The position numbers and the translations under genes are program-made. Below, piece by piece: positions 11,854 to 25,373 of a stretch of DNA of 64,000 nt. Below the pieces are notes generated by a model. That model had not been told where the DNA came from. It did not search any database and worked only from the letters and a program-made list of their open reading frames with translations. Source of the DNA: Mizuhopecten yessoensis. Its lineage: Eukaryota. Every line of letters begins with the position of its first letter. Positions within the stretch are counted from its first letter, which is position 1. The DNA lies in NCBI RefSeq assembly GCF_002113885.1, contig NW_018480066.1, positions 351,090 through 415,089 on the forward strand, read 5' to 3'.

Positions 11854-14784
11854 GTAAGATTTTGCTATATCTGTAACACATGTATTGTTGTAATTTTAAG
11901 TTGTAATTGTAACAATAATAAAATAAACGAGGTTGGAAACTAACGTTAATGAAGTTTTTATAAATGCCATGTCGCTCAATTGCAATTCTTAATTAAAGCT
12001 CAGTTTTGATGCTAGGTCTGCGGAAAGGTTGGGTACACAGGTCAAGACAATTTCTAAACATTTCAATAGAGATCTTTCTTAAAAGAGTGTTGGACACAAG
12101 CTTTAACCTTATATATTCCAAACAAATCCTCAAAGAGTAGGAAACGTTCAACTCATATCGGTATGAGCTGAGTTAACTCCATCGAATCGGGGAACTACTC
12201 CGTATCCTGGTATATGCTTTTTTAGCTTAATTGATGAGAAATGGTTTTTAAAACACTAACAAAACTAAGAAATATTTGATTGATTTGTAGAGATGATGTC
12301 GCTCTGAAGACCCGTGCACCGTTGCTGTTCGGGATTTGTTTCACCAAGGAAAACTTCAAATCGTTAGAAAATGATATAGAGACCATCAAAAACAATAGAA
12401 GCAAGGTAAATTAAACTGCATATTCTGGTTTTGACATAAACAGGCTAAAGATTGATTATATGAAAATATATTACAAATTTGTGTTTATATTGCGTCCGTA
12501 ACGAAGACGCAGCAGGCCATGATCAAAAGATCAGAGTATCGTGGCATTTACATTTGCTTTCATTACATGTTGAGCTATGACATTTCTTCACCGTATTGGA
12601 AATTTTTACGTTTATATAACATCATCAATTACTTTTTAATAAATACAGGGCATTGGCCAACAATAACAAAATTTGGATATACACGCAATTTGTCAGGAAG
12701 TTAAAATCTTAAAGTACGGCATAACTTATTATGAGAAATATGTTTTTACGAATCGTTGTTAAGGTTTCAATGAATTTTCTTAATCTAACATTATCAGCTA
12801 TTATGAAAAACAGTTGTTTGGGTTGTCTTAAAAACATTCATTGATGTGTGTTTCCTATTTTGATTTTTAGAGTCCGGATATTTCAGTTTGGTTTTGAACT
12901 ATTGATACCCTATCCCTTTCCTCGCATTTTAGGTTTCTGAGTTTAACATACATACTGAAAGTACAACGTCTTTGAAAGACAAAGTGACAGAGAGTATTAT
13001 TAGAACATGGGCAATGTCTCATGTTGAAGGAGGGGCTATGGCAGCAGTTTTCGACGATAACCGGCCTGACATAAACCCTATAGCCGTGACCAATGGTGAT
13101 GATGAGTCTTAAATCTTTGCAATTTTATTTCGAGATGTAAAACAATGAAACTTATGTACTGTCAGTTATGGTAATCGCAATTACATGTATCTTGAAGATA
13201 TTTCATTAAAATGATTACAAGATACATGACTTAGACAGTTGAAATTAATTGATATACAATTTAGAGTGATTGTTGAGTGATCTGTTGCAGTTAAATACAC
13301 CTTTTCTTAAAAATATTTGATATTATTTTAGATGTTCCGCCGCCAGCAGTGTATATAACCGCACCCAACAAGATGACATGGCGGACTAGTAGGATTGTGC
13401 CAATATCTGAGCAGGCTGTCCGCCCTTCTAGTCAAACCGAAGAGGATCACAAACAGAAAGAGTTAAAACCGTCACCAATAGCACTGTACATGTTGTACCA
13501 GATGCTCCAAACTAACCAAACTACTTGCATTGGCGACGGTGCGGTAAGTAGATACAATATTTGAGTATATCCGAATGAAAAAACTACACCGTGACCTGAA
13601 CCACACTTCATGTGAACTATGTCAAATCCAAAAACGTCGCTACTCGCCAGTGACATTTGAATAGTAACAGGTGACTTAATGGAATAAATATCCCTGGTGA
13701 AGGCTATTTTACGATATTGTGTATCCGTGGTGAGAACAACTTGCACATCTTGCAGCACAGGGATATAGCATGGCTTCTAACACTTTGTTACATATGAAAC
13801 GTGTTCCTCCCTCATACATGTATGTATACATGTATATAACGTACGTGTAACTGATACAACTTTATCGTTGTTTTAAGTTTGGCCGAGATCTTCTACTATA
13901 CGCTCTAAAGGAGAACCTGTACGATATCACTGAAGTCCTGGTAGACAAAGGAGTGACACTAGAATTTTCACAAGCCAAAGATTTATATCAACAGGTAAGA
14001 TATATCGTCCGGGTGACACACACAGTAGTATGTGATTATATATTATGATAAAAACACAAAATATTGAAATACTGATAGGCATACTTGTTAATGTACTACA
14101 CACTTTGTCTCCTAATCCCTGTTCCGTATATATATAAAGGATATATAAGGATATATAAATTAAATTTATATATCTAACTGTGAATTGAGGACCAGGTAAA
14201 TAACATGTCTTTAATAACACTTGCGATGATTCAGTATATTAAGAACTGGTGTACGGCGAGTCCCCAATAGAATAGTGATAGTCCATCGAAACACAGGGGA
14301 ATAATTCTCTATCCTGTGTTTTTTAGGAATATTAAAAAAATAATTTAGACTTATTTAAATATATAGCTCAAATGTGTAAATACTATTTATTTTTGACACA
14401 AACAAAATCATCAGATACTTTTTTTAATGCACATACTAGAAACCGCTGGTGATTTTTGGAAAAGTATTTTTGATTATTCCTCCTGTGAACTTCATCCTTT
14501 TGATACATTTGAGTAAAAAGCATGCGCTCAACTTGCATGATAGATGTACAATAATTAAGTGCTTTTCAGTATCTTAGTACCAGTATTTTATTTCAAACAT
14601 TATTTACATTATGTATTTTCCTATTTTGCAGCTATACGACGAAAGAAAGGAGAAAAACCAGGTAAAATACTATCTCTAATTCATTTATGATAAGACAAAG
14701 GTTTACAGGAATCAGGTTTTCTTCTTGTTCACGTTCACTAATGGGAACGACGAGCATTCAAAACATCATTGTACATGACTCAAC

Positions 14785-16916
14785 ATCGTAGCGCAACCGA
14801 TAATACGTCGTAGCTACAAGTACAATGCTCATACATTTTAGCTATACAGCTTCAATTATATGTATTGAACACTTCAGATGATACATTGTAGCTATGCCGG
14901 TTACACATTGTAGCTATAGATGGCCCTCTGGTATATTGCAGCTTGACCGCTTATACATTTTAGCAAAACCGCTCATACATTGTATATATACCACTTTTAA
15001 ATTATCGCACTAAAGCTAATTGTAGCTTTACCGCAGATAATGTATAGCTATACCGCTGATATATTGTAGCTATACAGCAGATAGTGTTTAGATATACCGC
15101 TTATACATTGTTACTTTACCGCGTATACAGTGTGGCTATACCGCTGACATATTGTAGCTTCACCCCTGATACATTGTAGCTATACCGCTTATATATTGTA
15201 GCTATATCGCTGATAGAATATAGCTATACCGCTGATATATTGTAGCTATACCGCTGATACATTGTACATTGTAGCTAAACGCTGACATATTGTATCTTTT
15301 CCGCCAACACATTATTACTAAACCGTTGATATAGTGCAGCTTTTCCGCTGATACCTTAAAGCTATACCGATGATATATTGTAGCTATACCGCCGATATAG
15401 TATAGCTATACCGCTGATATATTATAGCTAAACCGCTGATATATTGTAGATATACCGCTCATACATTGCAGCTACACTGCTGATATATTATAGCTAAACC
15501 GCTGATATATTGTAGATATACCGCTGATATATTTTAGCTATACCGCTGATATGTTGTAGCTATACCGACGACATATTGTAGCTTTTGCGTCAACACATTA
15601 TTACTACATCGCTGAAATAGCGTAGCCTTTCCGCTGATACCTTAAAGCTATACCGATGATATATTGTAGCTATACCGACGACATATTGTAGCTTTTCCGC
15701 CAACACATTATTACTAAACCGTTGATATAGTGTAGCCTTTCCGCTGATACCTTAAAGCTATACCGCTGATATATTATAGCTATACTGCTGATACATTAAA
15801 GCTATACCCCTTATATATTATAGCAATACCGCTGATACAATGTAGCTATACCGCTCATACATTGAAGCTACACTGCTGATATATTGTAGCTATACCGCTG
15901 ATTCATTGAAGCTACACTGCTGATACATTGAAGCTGCACTGCTGATACAATGTAGCTATACCGCGCATACATTAAAGCTACACTGCTGATATATTATAGC
16001 TATGCCACTGATACATATAAGCTATACCGCTGATATGTTATAACTATACCGCTGATACGTTGAAGCTACACTGCTGACACATTGTAGCTATACCCCTGAT
16101 ATATTGTAGCTTTACTGCTCATGCATTGTAGCTATACCCTTGATATATTGTAGCTATACCGCTAATACATTGAAGCTACACTGCTGATATAGTGTAGCTA
16201 TACCGCTGATACATTGAAGCTTCACTGCTGATACATTGAAGCTACACTGCTGATACATTGAAGCTACACTGCTGATATTTTGAAGCTACACTGCTGATAT
16301 TGTAGCTCTTATCACTGATATATTGTAGCTCTTATCACTGATTACATTGTAGCTATTGCCTTTGATATAGTTAAGCTATACTGCTGATTACGATGTAGCT
16401 ATACCGCTGACACTGATATATTCTAGCTTTACCGCTGATGTATTGTAGCTATGGCGCTTACATATTGTAGCTTTACTCCGGATATATTTTACATTGTAGA
16501 TATACCGTTTTTATATTTTAACTATACCGCTGATATATTGTAGCTATCACACTGATATATTTTAACTAAACCGCTGATATATTGTAGCTATACCGTTGTT
16601 GATATATTTTACATTGTAGCTATACCGCTGATATATTGTAGCTATACCGCTGATATATTTTACATTGTAGTAATACCGTTTAGCTATACCGCTGATACAT
16701 TTTAGCTATACCGCTGATAAATTATAGCTATACCGCTGATTAATTATTGCTATACCGCTGATTTATTATAGCAATACCGATTATAAATTGTAGCTTTTTG
16801 CTGATACATTGTAGCTATACCACTGATATACTGTAGCTATACCGCTGATATATTGTACATTGTAGCTATACCGCTGATATAGTATAGCTTTACCGCTGAT
16901 AAATTCTAGCAATTTA
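14785..16916. repeat. ~22-bp satellite (ttgtagctataccgctgatata), ~2.1 kb
   Basis: Degenerate tandem array between two 30-nt microexons; paralog 51340-54952. Confidence 0.95.
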
Positions 16917-17751
16917 CAGGACCCATTATACATAATAGTATTTCCTTAACGACTGAAACCATCCTTTAGGATTAGGAAAAACAACAAAGTTTAAATTGGA
17001 TACGAATATTTACATACTATAAAATCCATCGTAATTATTGGCTGATGTGCTTTGAAATCCGGCTAACTTATAATTACTTGCGTGACATACATTCTCAAAC
17101 AGATCTCCATTATTTTACAGACACGGTCATGTATCGCAGAAATCATAAAGGTACGTATACAAAAGTGTATTTGGAATTTAAACGATATATATGATTGGGC
17201 AGAAAAATAAAACTTCATCTGACAGATACTAGGTGACTTCATATATGCAATTTTATTAATGAAATAACGAGGAAAAGATTGTCGTGACCATAACTTGTAT
17301 AGACATACTGAATGTTCATGTTAATTCCAGCACATTATGTACTCCACCTATGTCCAGACACGTTCACATGACTACAGATATCAACAATAAATACAAACAC
17401 ACCTAAACAGCTGTACTGAAGAACCTTATAATTACACGGACACTAAAACATCAGCAAATCAATATTAAGCACTATGGGCTTCTGTTTTTAAACCCAACTA
17501 AATTGTCAGCTTTTCCAGGGGACGAGGCCTTCCCAAAGAAAAGAGAAGATGCATGGGAGATTGGATGCGACATTATTCCCTATAAAATTGGTGAGTGATT
17601 GACGTACATAATTTATTTGCTTTCGTTATATGTCGCTATAGTTGAATTATGCAAATAAATAGCAAGCCATTTATCTTATTTTAATAGCTTATATACGATT
17701 GGTGCAATGCTTACTAAATCTTTTGATCATCTCAATATAATTTCATTTCAG

Positions 17752-17880
17752 CAAAGGGAGAGAAGAAGGAGCCTGAGGGGGATAATTGGATGACGCCATC
17801 TGATTTACTCTTGTGGGCAGTGTTGACAAACCAAATGGAAATGGCAGAAATATTTTGGAAACGTTCTCCTGAGCCGATCC
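17752..17880 (+). CDS. Copy A MHR4 exon (PSDLLLWAVLTNQMEMAEIFWKRS)
   Basis: tttcag/gtaaat sites; conserved TRPM DLLxWAxLxN..MA..FW motif. Confidence 0.88.
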
Positions 17881-18646
17881 GTAAATTTTAACATATTCTT
17901 ATTTGTTAGGAGTTTTACGTATTTGTACTAAATATTGAAATATACAAAAGTAATATGCAGAAATATAAAAAAGAAGAAGACTATACAGTTCATGTCGAAT
18001 ACACAGTAAGAACATACAGAAAGACAGACAAGTACAACATGTAGAAATATATCAGAATATTAATGAAGCAAAACAAAAATACCGCAGTGTCAACATAACT
18101 GCTATTCAAACTCATATTCGATAAAAGTATGGCACAATATCTAACAAAGAGAACAAAACAAATTTCAAAAACGTTTGTGCAAATTGACCATCCAACAGCG
18201 GATTGACAGATTGACAGATTCTCGGGTAAAGAAAACTATGCAGCCCGTCTAATAAAAGAGACCACAGTTCACAGTTTTGATTTGATATGTATGCGCTAGG
18301 CACTTATTGGAACAACTTTATCTGTGGTTAGTACATGTGTTGGTCACCCTTGACCTATTAAAACCGAAGAGCCATTTCGTGGAGGAATTACCAGAAGATC
18401 GAAATCTATTGCCATTAAGAACACTCGTTTGTATTCATTCTCCACGTTCATAACAATGCTGCTGGGAAGATATAAACACACAATGTTTTTGTAACAGGCT
18501 CTCAATCTTTTTACGTAGAACTACTAAGTGGTTCCTAATTCAATGTGCCTTTTCCATTTATACATGTTATTTTATATTACTTCTATCCATTAATAAAAGC
18601 CTTTAATAACCCTTTGTAATGCAATGCCATTGATTTATTATTTCAG

Positions 18647-18746
18647 TTACTGCTCTCGTTGCGAGTGCTATACTACATAAGATGTCAAGGCGAGCTCATT
18701 CGAAAAAGGAAACTGATTTCAAGAAAACAATGCTGATGCATTCCCG
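18647..18746 (+). CDS. Copy A MHR4 exon (LTALVASAILHKMSRRA)
   Basis: tttcag/gtaaag; TRPM AALxAxxIL motif; phase matches both neighbours. Confidence 0.85.
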
Positions 18747-19156
18747 GTAAAGTAATACTTTAAAGTAACCGTTGTCAAAACTTCAATTACTTGTACAAAT
18801 TGTTTAGAAAAAAAATCCTGATCTGTCCATTGGCTGACTGACGGTAAATGAATCTTGACAAAACACATTGCATTATAATGCTCTGGAAAATGGGTCAGCT
18901 AGTTAGTGAATAGTATCTGCATAATGGGAAAGCTATATTAGTGGTTGGTGGATTGAAGACCATGCTCAGGACAGTATGAAACCCAAATTAGGGATTGGTG
19001 GATTGACAAAAAAATCGACTACATACAAATCCCGATAAATCATATTGAATTAATATGCTCATAATCTTTTTACCTAGAACATAGGGCCAAGTTGATCAGA
19101 AAACTAATGTGCATGTCAGACATTTTGCAGTATTTTGTAGTATTGCTTATTAACAG

Positions 19157-19400
19157 TGTGTTTCGCCAGAGAGCCATTGATGTGACTCAAAGCCTCTTCG
19201 AAAATAATGAAATGGAAGCCATTTTTGTCCTGGAAGTAGAAAATTCTACGTCTGTTTGGGGTATTAAAGAAAGCTGTCTAGAATTTTCCCAAGCACACAA
19301 TATCTCTCAGTTTGTTTCACATCACGTCCCTCAAAGAAGTTTCGACAGGATTTGGAAAGGCGCGGGATTCTTTCACGACAACGATTTGTATGAAACCAAG
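19157..19400 (+). CDS. Copy A MHR4/pre-S1 exon (FRQRAIDV..WGIKESCLEFS..FVSHHVPQRSFDRIWKG)
   Basis: taacag/gtgagt; lies within ORF 19092-19415. Confidence 0.9.
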
Positions 19401-19654
19401 GTGAGTCGTTCATAATGCAAATATGTTTGAGACGATAAAACGATTTACCACCTGTGTTTTTATGAATAGAAATGAACATATTTCGATTGTAACATTCGAC
19501 TGCAATGAACATATGAACAGCAGTCAATCGTTCATAATCAATATACTATCTCAGACATTTCTTCATTCGGGAAAAGCTATCAATTACATCTTTAAATCAT
19601 CAATATAGATGAAACTATTCGTGTATTTTAAATCAAAATCAACTTGTTTCTCAG

Positions 19655-19744
19655 AAAACAGTTTCAAGCCTCAGTGTCAAGAATTTCATAATACCTTTGA
19701 CTGCTCGGATCACCTCTCCCTTTTGGAAGTTCGTTATTCATTAC
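19655..19744 (+). CDS. Copy A pre-S1 exon (..ITSPFWKFVIHY)
   Basis: tctcag/gtaagt; xxSPxxKF motif; 5' end formed by a deletion relative to copy B. Confidence 0.65.
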
Positions 19745-19946
19745 GTAAGTACATTTTANTTGACATGATTTATTTAATAACTGTTATTTTAATTATTTGC
19801 ATTATCTTCGTCACAGAATTTTCCGTTACTTCAGTTTACGTTAGAATGTATATGACAGTCACTCAACCATCGAACTCAATAGATTGGAATGATAAATTAT
19901 GAAATATTAAAATAAACTGCTACAGGTACCTTATATGCTGTCTGGT

Positions 19947-20200
19947 TGACTTAACTTATTGCTATGATGCTGGTTATACTGACTAATTGCTATGATGCTG
20001 TTTATACTGACTTATTGCTATGATGCTAGTTATACTGACTTATTGCTATGATGCTGTTTATACTAACTTATTGCTATGATGCTAGTTATACTGACTTATT
20101 GCTATGATGCTGGTTATACCGACTTATTGCTATGATGCTGGTTATACTGACTTATTGCTATGATGCTGGTTATACTGACTTATTGATATGATGCTGGTTT
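19947..20200. repeat. 28-bp minisatellite (gacttattgctatgatgctggttatact), ~9 units
   Basis: Runs directly into the S1-exon acceptor; paralog 58593-58770. Confidence 0.92.
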
Positions 20201-20203
20201 TAG

Positions 20204-20371
20204 AGCATCTTCTGCTTGTTCCTGGTCTGCTTAAGCGCTTTTATCATGACCAACATCACAACAGAAAAATGGCCAATTGACAGGAAGTCAATCTATGAGT
20301 ACTGCGCAAACCTGTGGCTGTTCGCTGACATCATTGAGGAGTATGTACCGCCAGCCTTCTACACGATCCGG
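20204..20371 (+). CDS. Copy A S1-S2 exon
   Basis: SIFCLFLVCLSAFIMT..EYCANLWLFADIIEEY; ttttag/gtaaga. Confidence 0.88.
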
Positions 20372-20704
20372 GTAAGATCTTTCTATTTAAGGAGGTAATT
20401 CTTCAGAACAAAATAACTCTGATCATTCGGAACAGAATCAATTTTCACTGAACATTGCAATTCCAGAATGAGAATAGTTTTTCACTCTTTGCAATATGTG
20501 AATATTTCAATGATACATCTGTTTAAAATCTTAGGTTATATCGACTACTGCTGATATAATTGATCATTTAAATAGTATCTGCCACTCTGATGAATTATCC
20601 AAGTTTAGCTACATTGTTTTCATAAGGATAGCACTATAGACGACTGTGCATTTTTGAAATGCATACACGTATTGATATTCTCATCTTTTGTATGTTTTTC
20701 TTAG

Positions 20705-20956
20705 CAATATTTGAATTCGAAGCAATGGAGACGAAGAGCTTGGAACCACATGCACAACTTCTGGAATGGAATGGACGCTTTGTCTTACTTATTGCTTATC
20801 ATCGGGATAATTGTCCGATTTGGTTACGAAACAACAAGTTTCGATATATCCAGACGATTTTACAGCGTTGGTTTATTTCTCATGTTCATGAGGTATCTCC
20901 ATGTTTTACTGATTTGGAGGAGGATTGGCCCCACTGTCATCATGTTGAAAGAGGGA
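20705..20956 (+). CDS. Copy A S3-S4 exon
   Basis: HNFWNGMDALSY..FMRYLHVLLIWRRIGPTVIMLKEG; tcttag/gtatgt. Confidence 0.92.
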
Positions 20957-21184
20957 GTATGTTTCCTCCGTTATATATATGTATAAAGATACCTCTAATG
21001 TAAATATTATTATAATTTACATATATTCAATGTAAATAAACTATTTCATATTCTCTCAAATGAAACTGTTCATGCCTCAATTATATATGTATGAAAAGTG
21101 TTTAATTTGATTTGCTGGGTTTTTTTGTCGTTATATAAGTGACAAAAATCAATCAATGTGTATTACCCAATTTCTTTCTTTCAG

Positions 21185-21377
21185 CTCAAAGAGTTGATGC
21201 GATTTGTAGTCATCATGGCGGTATTTATCTTGAGTGCTGGAGTATTCTACCACGCCAATATCTATCCAAACCACTACGACATGTTCTCACCTCATGGCAT
21301 GAGATATTGGAGTGTCTGGCAAATCATCTATTATCCTTACTGGTCAATTTATGGCGAGTTCAAAGATGAAATCGACG
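21185..21377 (+). CDS. Copy A S5, pore helix and filter exon
   Basis: LKELMRFVVIMAVFILSAGVFYHANIYP..PYWSIYGEF; tttcag/gtgagt. Confidence 0.92.
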
Positions 21378-21494
21378 GTGAGTGCACAAACACTAGTAGA
21401 TAAATTTCAGTAAAACCAATGGATGGAATGGAAATACTGACTTTAAACCATCGAATTTCAACTTTCATAGAGCCCCGTGAAAATTCATTTAAAA

Positions 21495-22320
21495 ACACTA
21501 CAGAATTATTGTATAATGTTGATAAGTAAAGAAAACACCACAGAATTTTGTATAACGTTAATAGAGTATCGATTAAACAACTGAAATATTGTATAATATA
21601 AATACAGTAACGGTAATACCACAGAATTAGTGTATGGTGTAAAAATACAGCGACGGTAATACCACAGAATTATTGTATGGTGTAAATACAGTAACGGTAA
21701 TAACACAGAATTAGTGTATGGTGTAAATACCGCGACGGTAAAACCACAGATTTATTTTATGGTGCAAATACAGAATAAAGTAAATACAGTAACGGTTATA
21801 CCACAGAATTAGTTAATAACGTAAATACAGTATCGATAACACAACAGAAATAATGGTTTAATGTAAATACAGCGACGGTGATAACACATAATTATTGTAT
21901 GGTGTAAATACAGTAACGGTAACACCACAGAAATGTTGTAAAATGTAAATACAGCTTCGGTAAGACACAGAATTATTGTAAGGTGTAAATAAAGTAGCGT
22001 TTACACCACAATATTAGTATATTCTTTAAATACAGTAACGGTAACAGCACTGACTTATAGTTTAATGTAAATACAGTCACGGTAACAGCACAATATTAGT
22101 ATATTCTTTAAACACAGTAACGGTAACACCACTGACTTATAGCTAAATGTAAATACAGTAACGGTAACAGTATAATGTAAATACAGTAACGGTAACACCA
22201 CAGAAATGTTGCAAAATGGAAATACAGTCAAGGTAATACCACAGAATTAGTGTATAATGATAATACAATAACGGTAACACCACAGAATTAGTGTGTTTTT
22301 CAAATACAGCGATGGTACTG
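21495..22320. repeat. ~41-bp minisatellite (tgtaaatacagtaacggtaataccacagaattattgtatgg)
   Basis: Tandem units in the intron after the pore exon; paralog 60115-63110. Confidence 0.92.
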
Positions 22321-23165
22321 TACTATACAATACTATAAAAATAGGTTCAAATTTAAGCGAAACGTTTGCGCATTGCTGATCGTTCACATTGCATCGTAAC
22401 GATTATTAGATCCTGTTATTTAACGATCGTACTGTCGGTCAATATTACGAAGTCAAAAACTAGTTGATAAGCAATCAAACATCTAAATATCTTTGACATT
22501 GGATATAACATTGAAACTGCATACATTACCTGTTCAGTTCAAATTAGCCACAAACAAATGCAAAAAATATCAAAAATATTCTTCGCACTTGATACAGTCT
22601 TAAAACAAGTAATGTTATAGTGTGAAAAATAGGAAGTAGTATCATTATTACTGTCAAACTTTTCAAAAGCATACAAATTATTCGTTCTTCAAGATTCTTA
22701 GCATGCAATGAAAGGCTTTTGACGATATAATTCCGTACTACTATTTCAAGACATCTAACAGCGATGTTAAGCAAGTTTTGTCTAGATAATCATTATTTAA
22801 TGATATTACATGTTCATTGAGATGTTTTATTCATTTTTAGCTTTACTTATTTTATAAAATTTCCTCACAGCTAGGTAAAGTTGTAAATGAGATCTTCTTT
22901 AATGAAATTTACAGGGGTTTCATGATAGTAACATGTATGTTTCTAATGGGAATCGTCTTTTCACAGTCATTTAATTTATTTTTTTCGTTAAAGTGCAGAT
23001 TGGTTATCTTAAACAAATCGTCGTCGGACTCAATGGCCATGCCAGTAGGCCATAATTCGACTTTCCCCATTCTTTAATTTACTCCATTATTGTTTTAAAT
23101 TAATTCAAGACATAAGCGGATTTGTTTTTTAATCCCTTTAATACAATCTCATCTTTCAAAATCAG

Positions 23166-23328
23166 GAGAAGACTCTACTGACACCTGCAGCCGCAATGAA
23201 ACCGTCTACATGAATGACCCCGATATCGTGAGGTGCCCTGAAAAAGACTGGATGGTCTCCCTTATGTCTGGAGTCTTCGTCTTGACACTGAACCTGTTAT
23301 TGGTGAACCTTATCATCGCTATGTTCAG
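23166..23328 (+). CDS. Copy A outer pore loop and S6 exon
   Basis: EDSTDTCSRNET..RCPEKDWMVSLMSGVFVLTLNLLLVNLIIAMFS; aatcag/gtgagt; absent from the ORF track. Confidence 0.92.
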
Positions 23329-24794
23329 GTGAGTATTTTATGGATGTTTCGTTAGTCTATATTACATGTGTATGGTTGTCAAGTACACACACAGTCATAA
23401 AGACAGTTAACATGTTGTCATTCGGAATATCGTACCAATTACTTGTTAACTTTTCATTTTGCAAAAAAAGTAACTTACTAATAATTACTTTCATGTAGGG
23501 ATGATTTTAAGCACGAGTGAAAGGGAAATGACAAACTTTCAACCTACTGGTGAAACATTACTTGCAGGAATATTCTGTTTCTAACTTTTATCTTCACAAA
23601 GTTATGGGTTTCCGTGAACAGAAAGTCAATTTCCCGTCAAAAATGTAAAGACATGTGTTACAGGAATGCAACGTCAAAATAAGAAAACTTGCAGTGATAT
23701 TGTGACGTCACAATTCACGATGCTCTTCGATTTTGATTTTTACACTAAACCTACTCTCTGATTGGTTGATGTAATGTAAAAATAACATTGACAAATTACA
23801 TTGTATTTGTTGGTTAAGATGACTTAATTCATTCCAGTTCAATTCCTTATAACAACATATCCATGTTTATTAAAACTACTCTGCATTATCAATCAAACTG
23901 GGAAAATGTATTTTCCTGCTTCAACAAACCATTATTTCTCCATACAATATTTTAAAATATGCTAAAAATACATGATATTTGGTATGTAAGAGATTGTTGT
24001 GAAAGATTGGATCAGTTTGGACTTTTAAAATAATAACCATATGCATATTTGTGTTATTGAAAGGACGTCGTACAGGTGTAGCAATTATTGTCCTATTTAC
24101 TTTATCTACCATAGATTTCCTTTTAGTAGAAATGTCGTCTTCAAACAAACTGCTTTAAGATTGTCTGACAAACGATTTTGTGAATTCGGTCGAAGGTTAT
24201 TTTACGTGTAAATGTTTTTTCATGTCTGGGATTTACTTTCTGCTGTGCGACCAAATTTACACATCTGTCAAGCTTTTTTTGCATCGTCTACCTGCGATCT
24301 TAACATCAACACAGTGAAAGCCTAAGCATACCAGTTCGGCCTTGAAATATCATTATAACGAGGAACCCACTTTATTTAGTAAAAAGTAAAAATGATTCAC
24401 ATATCTCGGAAGTCCGATTAGCAAATCCGATCAGAAATGCCCACGATGCTTTCGCACGATTTCTACTCATCTAGGATTCAATCTAGAATTACAGAATGAC
24501 GAAGGTTCGAATCTGCAATGGTCAGTGCAAACCTCCATTTCCAAGTCTCTGGATGTGATCAAATTATACATGAAATCTAAACGTTGTTTCAGAATTGTTG
24601 TCTTCTGATCGTCATCAGAGGTCTGTATAGAAGGGTCGGTTGTCAAAGACTATCAAGCGAAAGATACTTACAGGGAAATCATTTAGCAAAACAATATGGC
24701 CAAATGTAGAAGGACCGTTACCATTATTTGTCTGACATTTTATATGTTTATACATTTATATGATGTTTCATGGTTTATTTACGTTTTTTAACAG

Positions 24795-24970
24795 CTTCCG
24801 ATTCGAAGAAATAAAGAATAACTCGGACCACTTTTGGCGATTCCATAGAAGTCAGGTGATCATGGAATTCCGAACCAGAATCCCTGTGCCTTTTAATTTG
24901 CTATTCTGGCCGGTTTACATTATCAGGTCATGTTTAACAAGCAACAAGGCTAGAGAGCAGAAGGTTAAAG
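24795..24970 (+). CDS. Copy A TRP-domain exon
   Basis: FRFEEIKNNSDHFWRFHRSQVIMEFRTRIPVPFNLL (TRP box, canonical WKFQR); taacag/gtattt. Confidence 0.9.
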
Positions 24971-25307
24971 GTATTTTAAACATTAATATTATGTAGGGAC
25001 AAGGAAAACGTTTATTCTAGAACGGTAGAATTTCGATTAATGCTGTGCATGTTGGGTGATGAGCGAGACTTTTAACATCGTCAGTACAACTTGCGTAAAT
25101 CTGTGTTTTCTTCTTTTTTATTGTCTTTTCGATTCATGGTTGACTTTCATTGATATTTTTCTGTGTTAACATAATGAGTTATGTTTTTCTCTGTTGAACT
25201 TCGAAATGGAAAACTCGTTTTGAATTACACGATTGCTTAGAGTTCGACACATATTAGAAAATACATAGCAGAATTTTGACGTACGCGTATTCTTATTATT
25301 AAATCAG

Positions 25308-25373
25308 ATAAGAAAGCCAGAGCAAAACTAGACGAAAAGCAGCAGATATTGGCAGGTCGTTGGATGCTATCGG
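25308..25373 (+). CDS. Copy A penultimate exon (DKKARAKLDEKQQILAGRWMLS)
   Basis: aatcag/gtaagg; phase 1-1 fits neighbours. Confidence 0.65.

Noticed and set aside
17331-17361. Candidate microexon that could repair the copy A frameshift at 17510
   Set aside because: Weak donor (gttcac), not matched in copy B, which is in frame without it.
23450-24740. Possible coding or TE remnant in the intron after S6 (includes tgtgacgtcaca palindrome at ~23701)
   Set aside because: The minus-strand frame I translated has stops and no recognisable motif; the paralogous region is outside the window.
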